A stretch of 64,000 nucleotides of DNA from an uncultured Isosphaeraceae bacterium (GTDB lineage: Bacteria; Planctomycetota; Phycisphaerae; Phycisphaerales; SM1A02). Below the pieces are notes generated by a model. It did not search any database and had not been told where the DNA came from. It worked only from the letters and a program-made list of their open reading frames with translations. The position numbers and the translations under genes were made by a program. Below, piece by piece: positions 28,407 to 42,200 of the stretch. Location: NCBI GenBank assembly GCA_964575335.1, contig CAZNPU010000010.1, positions 1,174 through 65,173 of the forward strand, in the 5' to 3' direction. The first letter of the stretch is position 1. Each line of letters starts with the position of its first letter.

Positions 28407-29818
28407 ATGCGGCTTCCCGCAGTCAGTTGTTCGATGACTTCCCGCAAAGCGCCGACAGTTTCGGGGCCGAAGGGGCCGCTGCGGGTGAGGGCCTGCCAGT
28501 CGGAAATCTGATCGCGCTCGATCCAGATGAGCTGTCCCTGTTTCAGATTTGCAATCGTCAGCGGCTGGTTGATCAGGCGGCCGCGTGCGCGATCCTGTGA
28601 CGCTTCGATAATTTCAAACCACACGTGTTCGCGATCAGTTGAAGCATCGCTCGCCGCTGTGCCGTCCTGCGTAAAACCAACCTGTACGAGAAACGCAAGC
28701 TCGCGCTTGTCGTCATCCTGACGCATCCATGCCGGGGTGGATTTGAAAGCAGAGATCAGCGTGGGCCAGGTCTGCTGCGCCAGCATGGCCTGTCGAATCG
28801 TTGCGCGCCGGGTTCGGTACATTGCCGCGTCACCCTGGGCGAAGCGCCGCACCGCTTCTTCGGGCCAGACCCAGAGTTTGCGAAACGTGCCGATCGGCTC
28901 GGGCGCACACACAGCCGCCCGCACGCCCAGGCGCGGTTCGCCGTCGTGCCCTTTGCGAAGCTTCATCCCGCCCAGCACGCCATCGGAAACGTACTGCGCC
29001 GCTTCCTGCCAGGGCTGCAGCGCGATAGAGACGTTGTTGGCGATCTCAAACGGTTCGCCCGGCAAGGGCCATTCGCTCTCAAGCAAAAGCTCAGCAATGT
29101 TGTTCAGCAGCATCGCTGCTGCGTTGGCGGAAGCGTACGGCACTTCGAGCATTTCAAGCTCGGGACGGCCGCAGCACGACAAGCCCTGCGTGTACACCCA
29201 TAGCTTGCTGTGTTCGTCCGGCGACTGATCCGCGCCAATGGCGTGAACCATCCACATCACCGAAGCGCGCGGCTCAATGTCGCCAAGCAGCGATTCATCC
29301 AGTTCCTTCCGCGTGTACCAGCTTTCAATGTTGACATTGAGCATGGCTGGCGCATCGGGATACGCCTTGCCCAGCAGGCGCATGATGCGCATGAAATCCG
29401 TCAGCGGATCATCCGGACGAAGAACCGTTTCCAGCCCCAGCGCCCACTTCACCGCGTGGGCATTCAGAGCTTCCATGTGCTCCTGCGGCAGGGGGCGCAT
29501 CGGCTCAACCCACACCACGATTGGCGCAGGCGCATCGGGCAGTTGCACAACCGCCAGCCACTGCAGCCGCAGATCATCAGGTTCGGGCTGATCCAGCAAC
29601 TCCAGCGGCTCATCCAGCACGCCATTGAACGCTTGAATCACCTGCTCCAGCGTGGGCGGTTCAGGCGACGCCAGCAGCAAAATAAGATTCGTCGGCTCCG
29701 GTTCAGCAATCGCCCAGGGATCGGCGCTGTCTGACTGACCATGCAACAGCGGCAGCGGAAAATTGCGGTCGTTCCCGTCAAAGGCGTCAGGATGATCGGT
29801 GCTGGGGAACTCGGCCAT
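28403..29818 (-). CDS. Hypothetical DUF4026-like / DUF2314-like two-domain protein
   Basis: The ATG at 29818 gives MAEFPSTDHP... The central LWVYTQGLSCCGRPELEMLEVP resembles DUF4026. The C-terminal EHVWFEIIEASQDRARGRLINQPLTIANLKQGQLIWIERDQISDW resembles DUF2314 (YegJ-like). Assigned by eye. Confidence 0.5.
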   Translation of the reverse strand: MAEFPSTDHPDAFDGNDRNFPLPLLHGQSDSADPWAIAEPEPTNLILLLASPEPPTLEQVIQAFNGVLDEPLELLDQPEPDDLRLQWLAVVQLPDAPAPIVVWVEPMRPLPQEHMEALNAHAVKWALGLETVLRPDDPLTDFMRIMRLLGKAYPDAPAMLNVNIESWYTRKELDESLLGDIEPRASVMWMVHAIGADQSPDEHSKLWVYTQGLSCCGRPELEMLEVPYASANAAAMLLNNIAELLLESEWPLPGEPFEIANNVSIALQPWQEAAQYVSDGVLGGMKLRKGHDGEPRLGVRAAVCAPEPIGTFRKLWVWPEEAVRRFAQGDAAMYRTRRATIRQAMLAQQTWPTLISAFKSTPAWMRQDDDKRELAFLVQVGFTQDGTAASDASTDREHVWFEIIEASQDRARGRLINQPLTIANLKQGQLIWIERDQISDWQALTRSGPFGPETVGALREVIEQLTAGSRI

Positions 29819-29981
29819 GGCTATCAGTCTATCCCACGATGACGATTGCAGCAGCTTTGATGCAATTCCTCCATCGGATTGAGAGCCAGCGGGAAACCTC
29901 GCTCCAGGTGAAATTGATCGCAGAGGTTTCACCCACGCGCATCAACCAACTGGGCGATGGATCTATCTTCTTTCTTACGGA

Positions 29982-30455
29982 TTACGGATCGAGAAGCTGC
30001 CAGATCGCCAGGCCATGAATAGCGCCGGTTGCGCCAAGCACCACAAAGAATTGCGCGTTGCGGCGATGCCTGCGCAGTTCGAGCCATTCATCGAACTCAG
30101 CCTGCTCAGCGATGATTTCCGAGAGCACCTCTGCCAGATCAGGCCAGTGCAGTTCGGGCACTTCGACGACATAAGGCCCGGGCAGATCATCGGGCACATC
30201 GGCAAGCGATTCATCCGCAGCGCTGCTGGTGCTGCTATGCGGTTCATCAACGTTGTTCTCGTGCTCAAGCTCAAGCGGCCCGAGTGTGGTAAGCCGCACG
30301 TCGAATTCCATGGCTGCGATCGATGTCGCCACGGCGCGAGCCTGCAGCAGGTTTTCGCAACGGTATAGTTCGCGCCACCGGTATGCACGAGCGCTGTCGA
30401 CGTCGGACTTCAGCCGGTTCTGCGCATCGACAGAGGCGGAAGGTATGTTCCACAT
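29982..30455 (-). CDS. Second DUF2007-like protein with a C-terminal TM anchor
   Basis: WRELYRCENLLQARAVATSIAAMEFDVRL...GPYVVEVPELHWPDLAEVLSEI has a beta-alpha-beta...beta-alpha pattern. An acidic linker follows, then the C-terminal hydrophobic FFVVLGATGAIHGLAIWQLL. Confidence 0.4.
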   Translation of the reverse strand: MWNIPSASVDAQNRLKSDVDSARAYRWRELYRCENLLQARAVATSIAAMEFDVRLTTLGPLELEHENNVDEPHSSTSSAADESLADVPDDLPGPYVVEVPELHWPDLAEVLSEIIAEQAEFDEWLELRRHRRNAQFFVVLGATGAIHGLAIWQLLDP

Positions 30456-30611
30456 GCCCCGATTGTACGGGCTGGTCCAGCAGGGGGAACTCCAAAAATG
30501 GCCGAAATCATGGGCGTCGCGAGCGCAAGGAAGGAGCGCAGCAGCATGCCCGCAGCGCTGTTGTCAGGCTGCGAATCATCTCTGCGTTGCGTAGTCATCA
30601 GCGCCGTCGGC

Positions 30612-33650
<3,039 letters not shown>

Positions 33651-33710
33651 GGCTGCAGGGTGAATGATGATGGTGAATAAACCGAGAAAACGCAGAACCT
33701 TCCGACTGGC

Positions 33711-33746
33711 CTGAAAACACAAAAGGCCCCGCCGTCGCGGAGCCTT
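33711..33746 (-). terminator. Rho-independent-type terminator downstream of folC, about 60 nt upstream of the leuS start
   Basis: On the minus strand: GGCTCCGCG ACG GCGGGGCC (one mismatch), followed by TTTTGTGTTTTC. Confidence 0.5.
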
Positions 33747-33892
33747 GGAACAAGCAAAAGGATCGCGCGGCTACGAATGGTGACGAACCATGGTAAGGGT
33801 AAGCAGTGAGCGAGTCATAGCGATGAGGTTCTTCATGCGAACAAGTGTATCGGCTGATGAAAAGCGATCAAATCACCTGAACGTCTGCCGTT

Positions 33893-35308
33893 TTAGCGGT
33901 GGCCGCTGGCGTGCTTTTTCTCAAGCTCGGCAAGGTATTTCTTGGCTTCGCCGACCAGATAGAAGCTGCCGGTGATGCAGATGAGGTCATCGCGGCCCAC
34001 CGCACGCGAGGCAAGGTCAAGCGCTTCGGGCAGAGTGCGCGCCACCTGGCTCATCTTGCCGGACTGTTCCGCAAATTCGCGATGCAGTTCGTCGGGATCT
34101 GCGGCACGGGGATTGCCTTTGGCGCGGGTGAAGATGACCTTGTCGCCCCCCAGGGCAACCTTCTCCAGCATGGCGGGAATGTCTTTGTCTTCGCAGCAGC
34201 CGAAGATGCACACCATCGAATCGTAAGGCACATGCGCGCCTACGCAGCGCATCAGCGCGCCGACGGCTGCCGCGTTGTGGGCCCCGTCGACGAGAATGCG
34301 CGGCCGATTCCACACCAGTTCCATGCGCCCGGGCAGGCTGGTCTTGGCGAGGCCTTCATGGAGCTGCGCTTCGGGAATGTTGAACCCGCAGCCCTTGAGC
34401 GCATCGACCGCTGCCAGCGCCATCGCACAGTTGATGGCCTGATGCTCGCCTGGCAGCGGCACAGGCAGATGCATGAACTGGCTGGTTTCGGTGATCAGGC
34501 ACACGCGCGTGTGCGGGCCAAGCTCATCTGATGCGCCGAAGCGAAAGCTGAACTCAATGTCTTTGTTGATGATCCGCAGGTTCGCACCGATTTCTTCGGC
34601 TGCGAGCTTGAGCGCCGCTTCGGCATCGCGCGGCTGCTCACAGGTAATGGCAGGCACGCCCGGTTTGAAGATGCCGGCTTTTTCGCGGGCAATCTTGTCC
34701 AGCGTGCGGCCGAGGATATGCGTGTGGTCGTAATCAATCTGCGTGACCACCGACACTTCGGGCTTGATGATGTTGGTGGAGTCGAGTCGTCCGCCCAGGC
34801 CGACCTCAATCACCGCCACATCCACCGCCTGCTCGGCAAAGTGCTTGAACGCCAGGGCGGTCATCAGTTCGAAGAACGTCGGCTGGAAGTCAAGCTTCTC
34901 AGCCACCGCAGCGATCTGCCGCATCAGCTCCGTAAATTCGGGGCGGCCGATCATCTGGCCGTTGATGGTGATGCGCTCGCGGATGTCGGTGACGTGGGGG
35001 CTGGTGTACATGCCCACGCCGTAGCCGCACCCCTGCAGGATCGAGGCGATCATCGCGACGGTGGCGCCTTTGCCCACCGTGCCGCCCACATGCACCATCT
35101 TCACCTGCTCGTGCGGATTGCCGAGGCCATCCATCAACCGGCGCATGCGGTCGAGTTTGAAGGTATTCTCGTCGTAGCGAACGACGCGCATCCGCTCATG
35201 ATCGACTCGGTCGAGCAGGTAACGGACGGCGTTGGGAAACGTGGTGATTTCAACAGCCGGCGTCGCGCGATTGCGGACGCTGCGGCGGGTGGGAGTGACT
35301 TTCGCCAT
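33893..35308 (-). CDS. folC: Bifunctional folylpolyglutamate synthase / dihydrofolate synthase
   Basis: Mur-ligase P-loop VHVGGTVGKGAT, and the overall FolC pattern (...TSPHVTDIRERI..., ...LDGAHN...). Confidence 0.9.
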   Translation of the reverse strand: MAKVTPTRRSVRNRATPAVEITTFPNAVRYLLDRVDHERMRVVRYDENTFKLDRMRRLMDGLGNPHEQVKMVHVGGTVGKGATVAMIASILQGCGYGVGMYTSPHVTDIRERITINGQMIGRPEFTELMRQIAAVAEKLDFQPTFFELMTALAFKHFAEQAVDVAVIEVGLGGRLDSTNIIKPEVSVVTQIDYDHTHILGRTLDKIAREKAGIFKPGVPAITCEQPRDAEAALKLAAEEIGANLRIINKDIEFSFRFGASDELGPHTRVCLITETSQFMHLPVPLPGEHQAINCAMALAAVDALKGCGFNIPEAQLHEGLAKTSLPGRMELVWNRPRILVDGAHNAAAVGALMRCVGAHVPYDSMVCIFGCCEDKDIPAMLEKVALGGDKVIFTRAKGNPRAADPDELHREFAEQSGKMSQVARTLPEALDLASRAVGRDDLICITGSFYLVGEAKKYLAELEKKHASGHR

Positions 35309-35475
35309 AGGAACGGAACTGTAGCAAATTCTTGAGGCCGATTCAAATAGAAGAACGTAAACCCTGTATTGACAACGGTTTGTATTCTATACGCCGTCGA
35401 CCTCGCCCGGCAGATGCGCATTGAAGCGCTCAAGCCGGCTTCGGCTTGGCACGATCAGGTTACTTGGAGACAGTC

Positions 35476-36267
35476 ATGCACGTACCGGACCACAAAGATG
35501 CCCTTCGCCACGAATCATGGCGCGTCTTTCGCATCATGAGCGAGTTTGTCGAGTCTTTTGACATCCTCGCGCGAATCGGGCCGGCTGTGAGTGTGTTCGG
35601 GTCGGCACGCACCAAGCCGACTGACCCCTATTACCAGCAGGCTGTCGAGTGCGGCGCCAAACTGGTCAAACGCAACTTTGCCGTCATCACCGGCGGCGGG
35701 CCGGGCATCATGGAGGCGGCGAACAAAGGGGCTGCGGAAGCCGGCGGCACGTCCATCGGCCTCAATATCGCACTGCCCATGGAGCAGGTGCCGAACCCAT
35801 ACCAAAATATCGAGTTGAATTTCCGCTACTTCTTCATCCGCAAAGTTATGTTTGTGAAATATGCCCGCGGGTTCATCATTTTCCCCGGCGGGTTCGGCAC
35901 GATGGATGAGTTCTTTGAGTCGCTGACCCTCATGCAGACGCTCAAGATCGCGCCGTTTCCGGTGGTGCTTATTGGCTCAGCATTCTGGTCGGGGCTGCTT
36001 GACTGGATGCGCAGCACGCTTGCGGAGCAGTATCGCACCATCGGCTCCGAAGATTTTGGGCTTTTCCAGCTCACCGATGACGTGGATGAGGCGGTGAACA
36101 TCGTGTATGACGCCTACATCGGCAAACGGCAGGTGGCGTCACAATTGCCGCGGTTCAAGAGTGATGCGTCGATCCGCACCGGTGAAGGCACGCGAGCCGG
36201 CGTCATGCCCCGCAAGTTCGGCTTACGCCGCCATGAGTTCGACGGCCTGGAAGACGGCGCAATCTGA
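35476..36267 (+). CDS. LOG-family (TIGR00730) nucleotide phosphoribohydrolase
   Basis: The ATG at 35476 has GGAGA upstream. GGGPGIMEAANKGA and PGGFGTMDEFFE are the LOG signatures. Confidence 0.9.
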   Translation: MHVPDHKDALRHESWRVFRIMSEFVESFDILARIGPAVSVFGSARTKPTDPYYQQAVECGAKLVKRNFAVITGGGPGIMEAANKGAAEAGGTSIGLNIALPMEQVPNPYQNIELNFRYFFIRKVMFVKYARGFIIFPGGFGTMDEFFESLTLMQTLKIAPFPVVLIGSAFWSGLLDWMRSTLAEQYRTIGSEDFGLFQLTDDVDEAVNIVYDAYIGKRQVASQLPRFKSDASIRTGEGTRAGVMPRKFGLRRHEFDGLEDGAI

Positions 36268-36338
36268 AATTTAGATTCGCTGACAGCGCAGCAACCAGAA
36301 ACGCGCAGCGTTGCGGCGATGGCGTATCGCACCTCTCA

Positions 36339-37544
36339 TCATTCATCGCGAGCAAGGTCAACTGTCCGCGCAGCACCTGACGCTGTTGTCGTAAACATTC
36401 CGCATGGCCGCCCGAACGCCTGCTCAAATGCCGCAGCAAGATGTTGCTGCACGCTTCTGAGCTGCTCAGTGCGGCAGATTGCGATCACGCATCCGCCGAA
36501 CCCGCCGCCGGTCATGCGCGCACCGTACACGCCCTTGTCGCCGCGCAATTCACGGGCCGCATCCACCAGTATGTCCAGTTCATCGCAACTGACTTCAAAG
36601 AGGTCCCGCAGCGAATCGTGGCTGGCGAACATCAGCTCGCCAAGCTGTTCGAGATCGCCGCTGGCGAGTGCAGTTGCAGCAAGAATCGTGCGTGAGTTTT
36701 CCGCAAGAACGTGCAGCACCTTTCGACGGTCTTCATTGGAAAGGCCGTTGTGGTTGAGCATGTCGATCGTGGCGTCGCGCAGCGCAGCGACCTCCAGTAT
36801 TTGCGCTGCGCGTTCACATGCTGCTCGTCGCTGGGCGTATTCTCCGCTCGCCAGCGCGTGCTTTTTTCGTGTGTCGATCACCAGAATTGCAGCGTGTGAT
36901 TGCGGCGGCAGCGGCACGTGCTGGCCTTGATTGCTGCGGCAGTCGAGCAGCATCGCATGGCCGGGCACGGCGCTGCTGATGATGTACATATCCATGATGC
37001 CGCACGGCGTACCGGGAAAATCATGTTCAGCCTGCTGGCACAACATCGCCTTCTCCAGCGGAGAAAGACGAACGTGCATGACCTGTTCAAGCAGGGTGGC
37101 GAACGCCACTTCAACTGACGCGCTGCTGCTCAAGCCCGCGCCTGGGGGAATTGTGCTGGCCACAGCCAGATCGAGGTTGGGCAATTGCTGGCCGCGCGCG
37201 ATGAACTGCTGCGCGATGCCGAGCACATAATCGCTTGCATGGCCGCCCTGCGGTTTGAGCGATCGAGTGAAATCAGCGTGGTAAACCTCATCCAGATCAA
37301 TGGCCCAGAGCGTTGACGTTGACGCGTCGGCAGCGTGATCAGCCACAATGACGGTCTGCCGGTCAATGGCCATCGGCAGCGCAAAACCCTGGCTGTAGTC
37401 GGTATGTTCGCCGATGATATTGATCCGTCCCGGCGCAACGGCAGCGAAAACAGGCGGACGCCCGAAGCGGCGGCGAAACGCGCCAACAGTGTTGGCCAGA
37501 AGCTGTGCAAAGTCGGGCGCGCTATTGGAAGCCGGCTGCGTCAT
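36339..37544 (-). CDS. galK: Galactokinase
   Basis: The ATG at 37544 gives MTQPASNS... Signatures are GRINIIGEHTDY, the GHMP motif PPGAGLSSSAS, and C-terminal GARMTGGGFGG. Confidence 0.9.
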   Translation of the reverse strand: MTQPASNSAPDFAQLLANTVGAFRRRFGRPPVFAAVAPGRINIIGEHTDYSQGFALPMAIDRQTVIVADHAADASTSTLWAIDLDEVYHADFTRSLKPQGGHASDYVLGIAQQFIARGQQLPNLDLAVASTIPPGAGLSSSASVEVAFATLLEQVMHVRLSPLEKAMLCQQAEHDFPGTPCGIMDMYIISSAVPGHAMLLDCRSNQGQHVPLPPQSHAAILVIDTRKKHALASGEYAQRRAACERAAQILEVAALRDATIDMLNHNGLSNEDRRKVLHVLAENSRTILAATALASGDLEQLGELMFASHDSLRDLFEVSCDELDILVDAARELRGDKGVYGARMTGGGFGGCVIAICRTEQLRSVQQHLAAAFEQAFGRPCGMFTTTASGAARTVDLARDE

Positions 37545-37690
37545 GGCACAAGCAAATCGCGGCATCGCCTGATTGTCAATGCCGGCGCATACCATCGTTC
37601 ATTGAAATTGTCAGGCATCATGCAGCGCAACATGCATCCATCATGATGCGCATAACCAGGCACAACCATGCCACAGGAAGGCGATGTGCA

Positions 37691-39082
37691 ATGAAACAAC
37701 ATCATCACCGAACAATTGCAGCGGTCATGATTATGTGGCTGGCAAGCGCTGCGGTATCGCTGCACGCAGCTCCGCGTCAGGATGGCTGGAAGCCGATACA
37801 TCAGGCAGCCATCTCAGGTGACGCCGATGCGCTTCGAGAGTTGCTTGCAACAGGCGCGCAGGTCAACGAACCAATCGTCGGCGATGATGCGGAGTTTGCC
37901 GGAACAACTCCTTTGATGCTGAGCCTGCACGTTGGATGTCAATCGTGTGTGGATATTCTGCTGCAGGCCGGTGCTGATGTTGATCGCCGTGATGCTCATG
38001 GCCGCACCGCGCTGCATTATGCAGCAGGATATGACGATGCGCTGCTGCTGTCGGCACTCATCAACGCCGGCGCAAACATCGAGTCGCGCGACCATGCCGG
38101 CCAGACTCCGCTGATGCTGGCGGCGCTGCGCGGGTTGGCGAACAATGTGCGCGAATTGCTGCGCGCCCAGGCGGATGTCAATGCAGCGGCCGATGGCGGA
38201 TGGACAGCGCTGATGGCCGCAGCACGCGGCGGTGATCCGCAATGCATCGCGCTGTTGATTGAAGCGGGCGCCGATCTCGAAGCGTCATGGCATGAAGGCT
38301 CAACGCCTTTGCTGATTGCTGCAGCGTTCGGCAGCTATGACGGCATGCTTTTGCTGCTGGAAAACGGCGCAGCGGTGAATCACGCCGATCACAGTGGCAT
38401 GACGGCCCTGCATCATGCTGCCATGCGAAAGGATGCGCAGAAGGCCAAGGCTCTTCTCGACGCCCGGGCGAATCCGAATGCAGCAACCGCGCTGAGTCTG
38501 ACGCCGCTGATGATGGCTGCGATGTACGGCGATCGGGAAACGGCGCAGACGCTGCTGCGCAGCGGCGCTGATGTGAACCTGACCGATCGCAACGGCTACG
38601 CTGCGCTGCATTGGGCGGCAGAGTACGGCAGCGCGCCGGTGATGCGCGACCTGCTGGAAGCCGGCGGCCTGATGCATCAGCGAGCAAGCGGCGGAGTGAC
38701 GGCTTTGCATCTTGCTGCAGCGAGCAATCACGTCGAAGCGATCGACCTGCTGGCAGGGGCGGGGGCGCTGATTGATCTGGCTGACAGTCAGGGCCAAACT
38801 TCACTGATTATCGCTGCGGGCGCAGGTCATGCTGAAGCGGTCCAGCGCCTGCTGCGTGTCGGCGCGAATGTTGCGGCACGCGATATTTTCGAACGAACCG
38901 CCCTGCACTGGGCCGCTGCGACCGGCAATGACGAATCAGTCCGCATGCTGATTGAGACTGGCGCAGATATCGATGCATGTGACGCACGAGGCTGGACCGC
39001 ACTGGACCTGGCGATCGAGCGAGGCGAGGCGGCGATTATTGAGGCGATCCACGCGCCGATAGCGCCCTCACCGCCACGGTAA
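37691..39082 (+). CDS. Signal-peptide-bearing ankyrin-repeat protein (13 repeats)
   Basis: The ATG at 37691 gives MKQHHHRTIAAVMIMWLASAAVSLHAAP. About 13 units of 33 aa follow (TALHYAA.., TPLMLAA.., ..LL.AGADVN..D..G). Confidence 0.9.
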   Translation: MKQHHHRTIAAVMIMWLASAAVSLHAAPRQDGWKPIHQAAISGDADALRELLATGAQVNEPIVGDDAEFAGTTPLMLSLHVGCQSCVDILLQAGADVDRRDAHGRTALHYAAGYDDALLLSALINAGANIESRDHAGQTPLMLAALRGLANNVRELLRAQADVNAAADGGWTALMAAARGGDPQCIALLIEAGADLEASWHEGSTPLLIAAAFGSYDGMLLLLENGAAVNHADHSGMTALHHAAMRKDAQKAKALLDARANPNAATALSLTPLMMAAMYGDRETAQTLLRSGADVNLTDRNGYAALHWAAEYGSAPVMRDLLEAGGLMHQRASGGVTALHLAAASNHVEAIDLLAGAGALIDLADSQGQTSLIIAAGAGHAEAVQRLLRVGANVAARDIFERTALHWAAATGNDESVRMLIETGADIDACDARGWTALDLAIERGEAAIIEAIHAPIAPSPPR

Positions 39083-39284
39083 TGTGAAACTGGGTTGGGT
39101 CGGGTGCACCCCGGAAATTGACGGGTTGGCTGATCGCTGCATGTGCGATGGAGCGAGGCATTTCAATTTTTGGTTTCCAGCGCAAGAAAAAGCTCCATCG
39201 AGCATATCAGGATAACAGACAGAGGCGATCAAGGCAATTTTGCCATACAGGCTCAATTCGCACATTGTGCGGGAGGCAAGATCG

Positions 39285-42200
39285 ATGATGATGAACCAGA
39301 CAGCAGTTTCAGCAGCGGTTGCCGTTTGCGCGCAATGGGCGGCAAATCGTGCAGCGGGCGTGGCGGCGGCGGTCATGATGCTTATTGCGGCAGCCGGTGC
39401 GGTTCACGCTGAAACCATTCATGTTCCCAAGGACTATGCCACGATCCAGGCTGCGATTGATGCGGCCATGCCCGGCGATGAAATCGTTATCGCGCCGGGA
39501 ACCTACAACGAGGCGATTGATCTTCTGGGCAAGCCGATTGCGCTGATCGGCAGCGGCGGTGCGGAACAGACAATCATTGACGGCAGGGGCCTTGATTCAA
39601 CCGTCGTCACGATTGTGAATGTGCCTCAGCCCGGCGCACGACTGGAAGACCTCACCATCACCGGCGTCAACAACACATTAATAATATTTACCGGCAGCGT
39701 TTATGTCTCGAGCAGTGTCGTCAAACTGACGAGGTGTATTGTTCGAGAGAATGTGGCGGCCTATGGAACGGCTGGCATTCGAGTCGGCGCTGGCAGTGAC
39801 ATTGAAATGCGCTACTGCATTGTGGAGGGGAATACGAGTATAAATGGCTACGGTGGAATGACTTCAAGTAACTCGAACGTGCTGATCGATGCATGTGAAT
39901 TTCGAGCGAATGTTGCTTCCATAGAGCACCAGCATAGTGTGGTGTTTCTGGCCGCCTATAACGGTGAATCTGTGTATGTGAATGACACACTTTTTGAAAG
40001 CAATGCTGGCATCACGACGATTGAGGTGTACGGAGGCACTGAATCCAATCCGATTCGCTTTGAAGCGTGCACCATTCGGGGAAATCGAGGGATGCAAGGC
40101 GTCGGCATGTATGTTTCCGGCAACGCATATACCGACATCATTGCCTGTCAATTCGAAGACAATTGGTCTGATAGTGGGCCGCCGGTTTATCAGTCCGGCG
40201 CAGGAATAGCTGTCAGATCGTCCTCTACACCAGGATTGCTGCGGATCGAAGACTGTGAGTTCAGGAACAATCGTGCAGCCAGCGGCGCTGCGGTGATTGT
40301 CTTTGGAAATATCGTGAAGTTTTCCAACTGTCTCTTTGAAGATAATGTAAGCGACCCTGGCATAGGCGCAGCAATCACTGTTACAGGTTCGAATAATGCC
40401 TATGCTGCATTCTCACATTGCCGCTTCGAAGGCAATCACTCGCAGCGAGGCGGCGCTGCGGCTGGATATCGCGGCACACTTGAATTTCAGCAGTGCGAAT
40501 TCATCGATAATACCGCTGAGTTCAATGGCGGTGCGATATATGGTTATGGCCAATCAAATATCCATGCAGATCAGTGCATTTTCGAGAGCAATCAGAGTCT
40601 GCAGGGCGGTGCGCTTTACTTCACCGACCAGTCATCGGCGACATTGACTGCATGCAGTTTTGTGAACAACGGCGCTGCAGCACAGGGAGGCGCAGCGTAT
40701 CACCACAGTGATGCCGGTACGCTGGCGTATGACAATTGCTCATTCATCGACAATGAAGCCGGAAGTGATGGCGGTGCAGTGGCCAGCACGAGCACTCAGG
40801 CTGCCTTCGAGCATTGCAATTTCAGCGGCAACACAGCAGTCGTCGGCGGTGGGATGGCGAACGGATTCAATGCTGCTGCCACGCTTGTGAATTGCAAATT
40901 CATCGACAATCTGGCTGATCTGGGCGGCGGACTTGCCAACGAGTTCGGCGGCGTGGCGACGCTTGTCGACTGCACGTTCGAGAGCAATGCTGCGATTTAC
41001 GGTGGCGGCATCTACAACGACTTTGCTGACATCGATATTGATCAGTGCGCGTTCCGGTTCAACGTTGCGGATGGAGGCTATGGAAGCGCGATCGGCAAGC
41101 AGTCCGGTACGATATCGATCGGCAATTCGCAATTCTGCGGCAACCTGCCGCCCGGCACGCAAATTACGGGCAGTTATGACGATGTCGGCGGCAATATGCT
41201 GATGGGTTATTGCACGCGGCCGCTGGTGATCCATGTTCCGAATGACCTGTCCAGCATTCAGCAGGCTGTGTTGGAGGTTGCTGACGGCGGCGAGGTCATC
41301 GTCGGTCCTGGGGTATATAATGTTCCCATTGCAATCCCCGCACGTGGAATTACGCTGCGCAGCTCACACGGGCCGGCGATGACGGTTCTCAACGGCGGAG
41401 GGTTTGAAGACAGCATCATCACCTGTGCTGAAGCGTCGCGTTCAGACAGGGGTACGCCAGCCGTGACGCGGATCGAGGGATTCACATTCATCAATGGCAA
41501 AGGCAAGCCAAACCCTTTGGCTACTGATGGAGGAGCGATCTTTGCGCTTTCAGACCTTGAGGTTGCTGATTGCGTCTTTCAATTCAATACAGCGACCAGT
41601 GAAGGGGGAGCGATCGATTCGCATGCGAACCTCAAGGTCATTAACTGCATGTTTGAACACAATGCAGCATCTCATAGAGGTGGAGCAATCTATTCGCATG
41701 CGAATCTCGAAGTCATCGATTGTGTGCTTGGACACAATACAGCGTCCGGTGAAGGTGGAGCGATCTACTCGCAGGCAAACCTCGAAGTCGTCAATTGTGT
41801 GTTTGAACGCAACACGGGTGGCTTCGGTGGCGGCGCCATCAGGCTGCATGAAGCAGCGGGTGCGCTTACGGTGAAGGAAACCACTTTTATGCTGAACGAA
41901 GCGTCTACCGGAGGCGCGATTCACGGCGGCAACAATGATATGGAAATAACCGTGACGGATTGCGTATTCACTGAAAACAGCGCCGCAAACGCTGGCGCGT
42001 TGTACATCTCCGGAGGTACGGTTGAGCGATGTGAATTCATTGCGAACACCACTGAATCTGCAGGCGGAGCTATTCGGGCGACCGTCGGACTGGGGTCGTT
42101 TCTGACGTTGAATGATTGTGTGTTGTCAGGAAATACGGCAGGCGATCGAGGCGGCGCGATCTCCTTCCTGGTTCTTAACCCGCAGGTGAGCGTGAACAAC

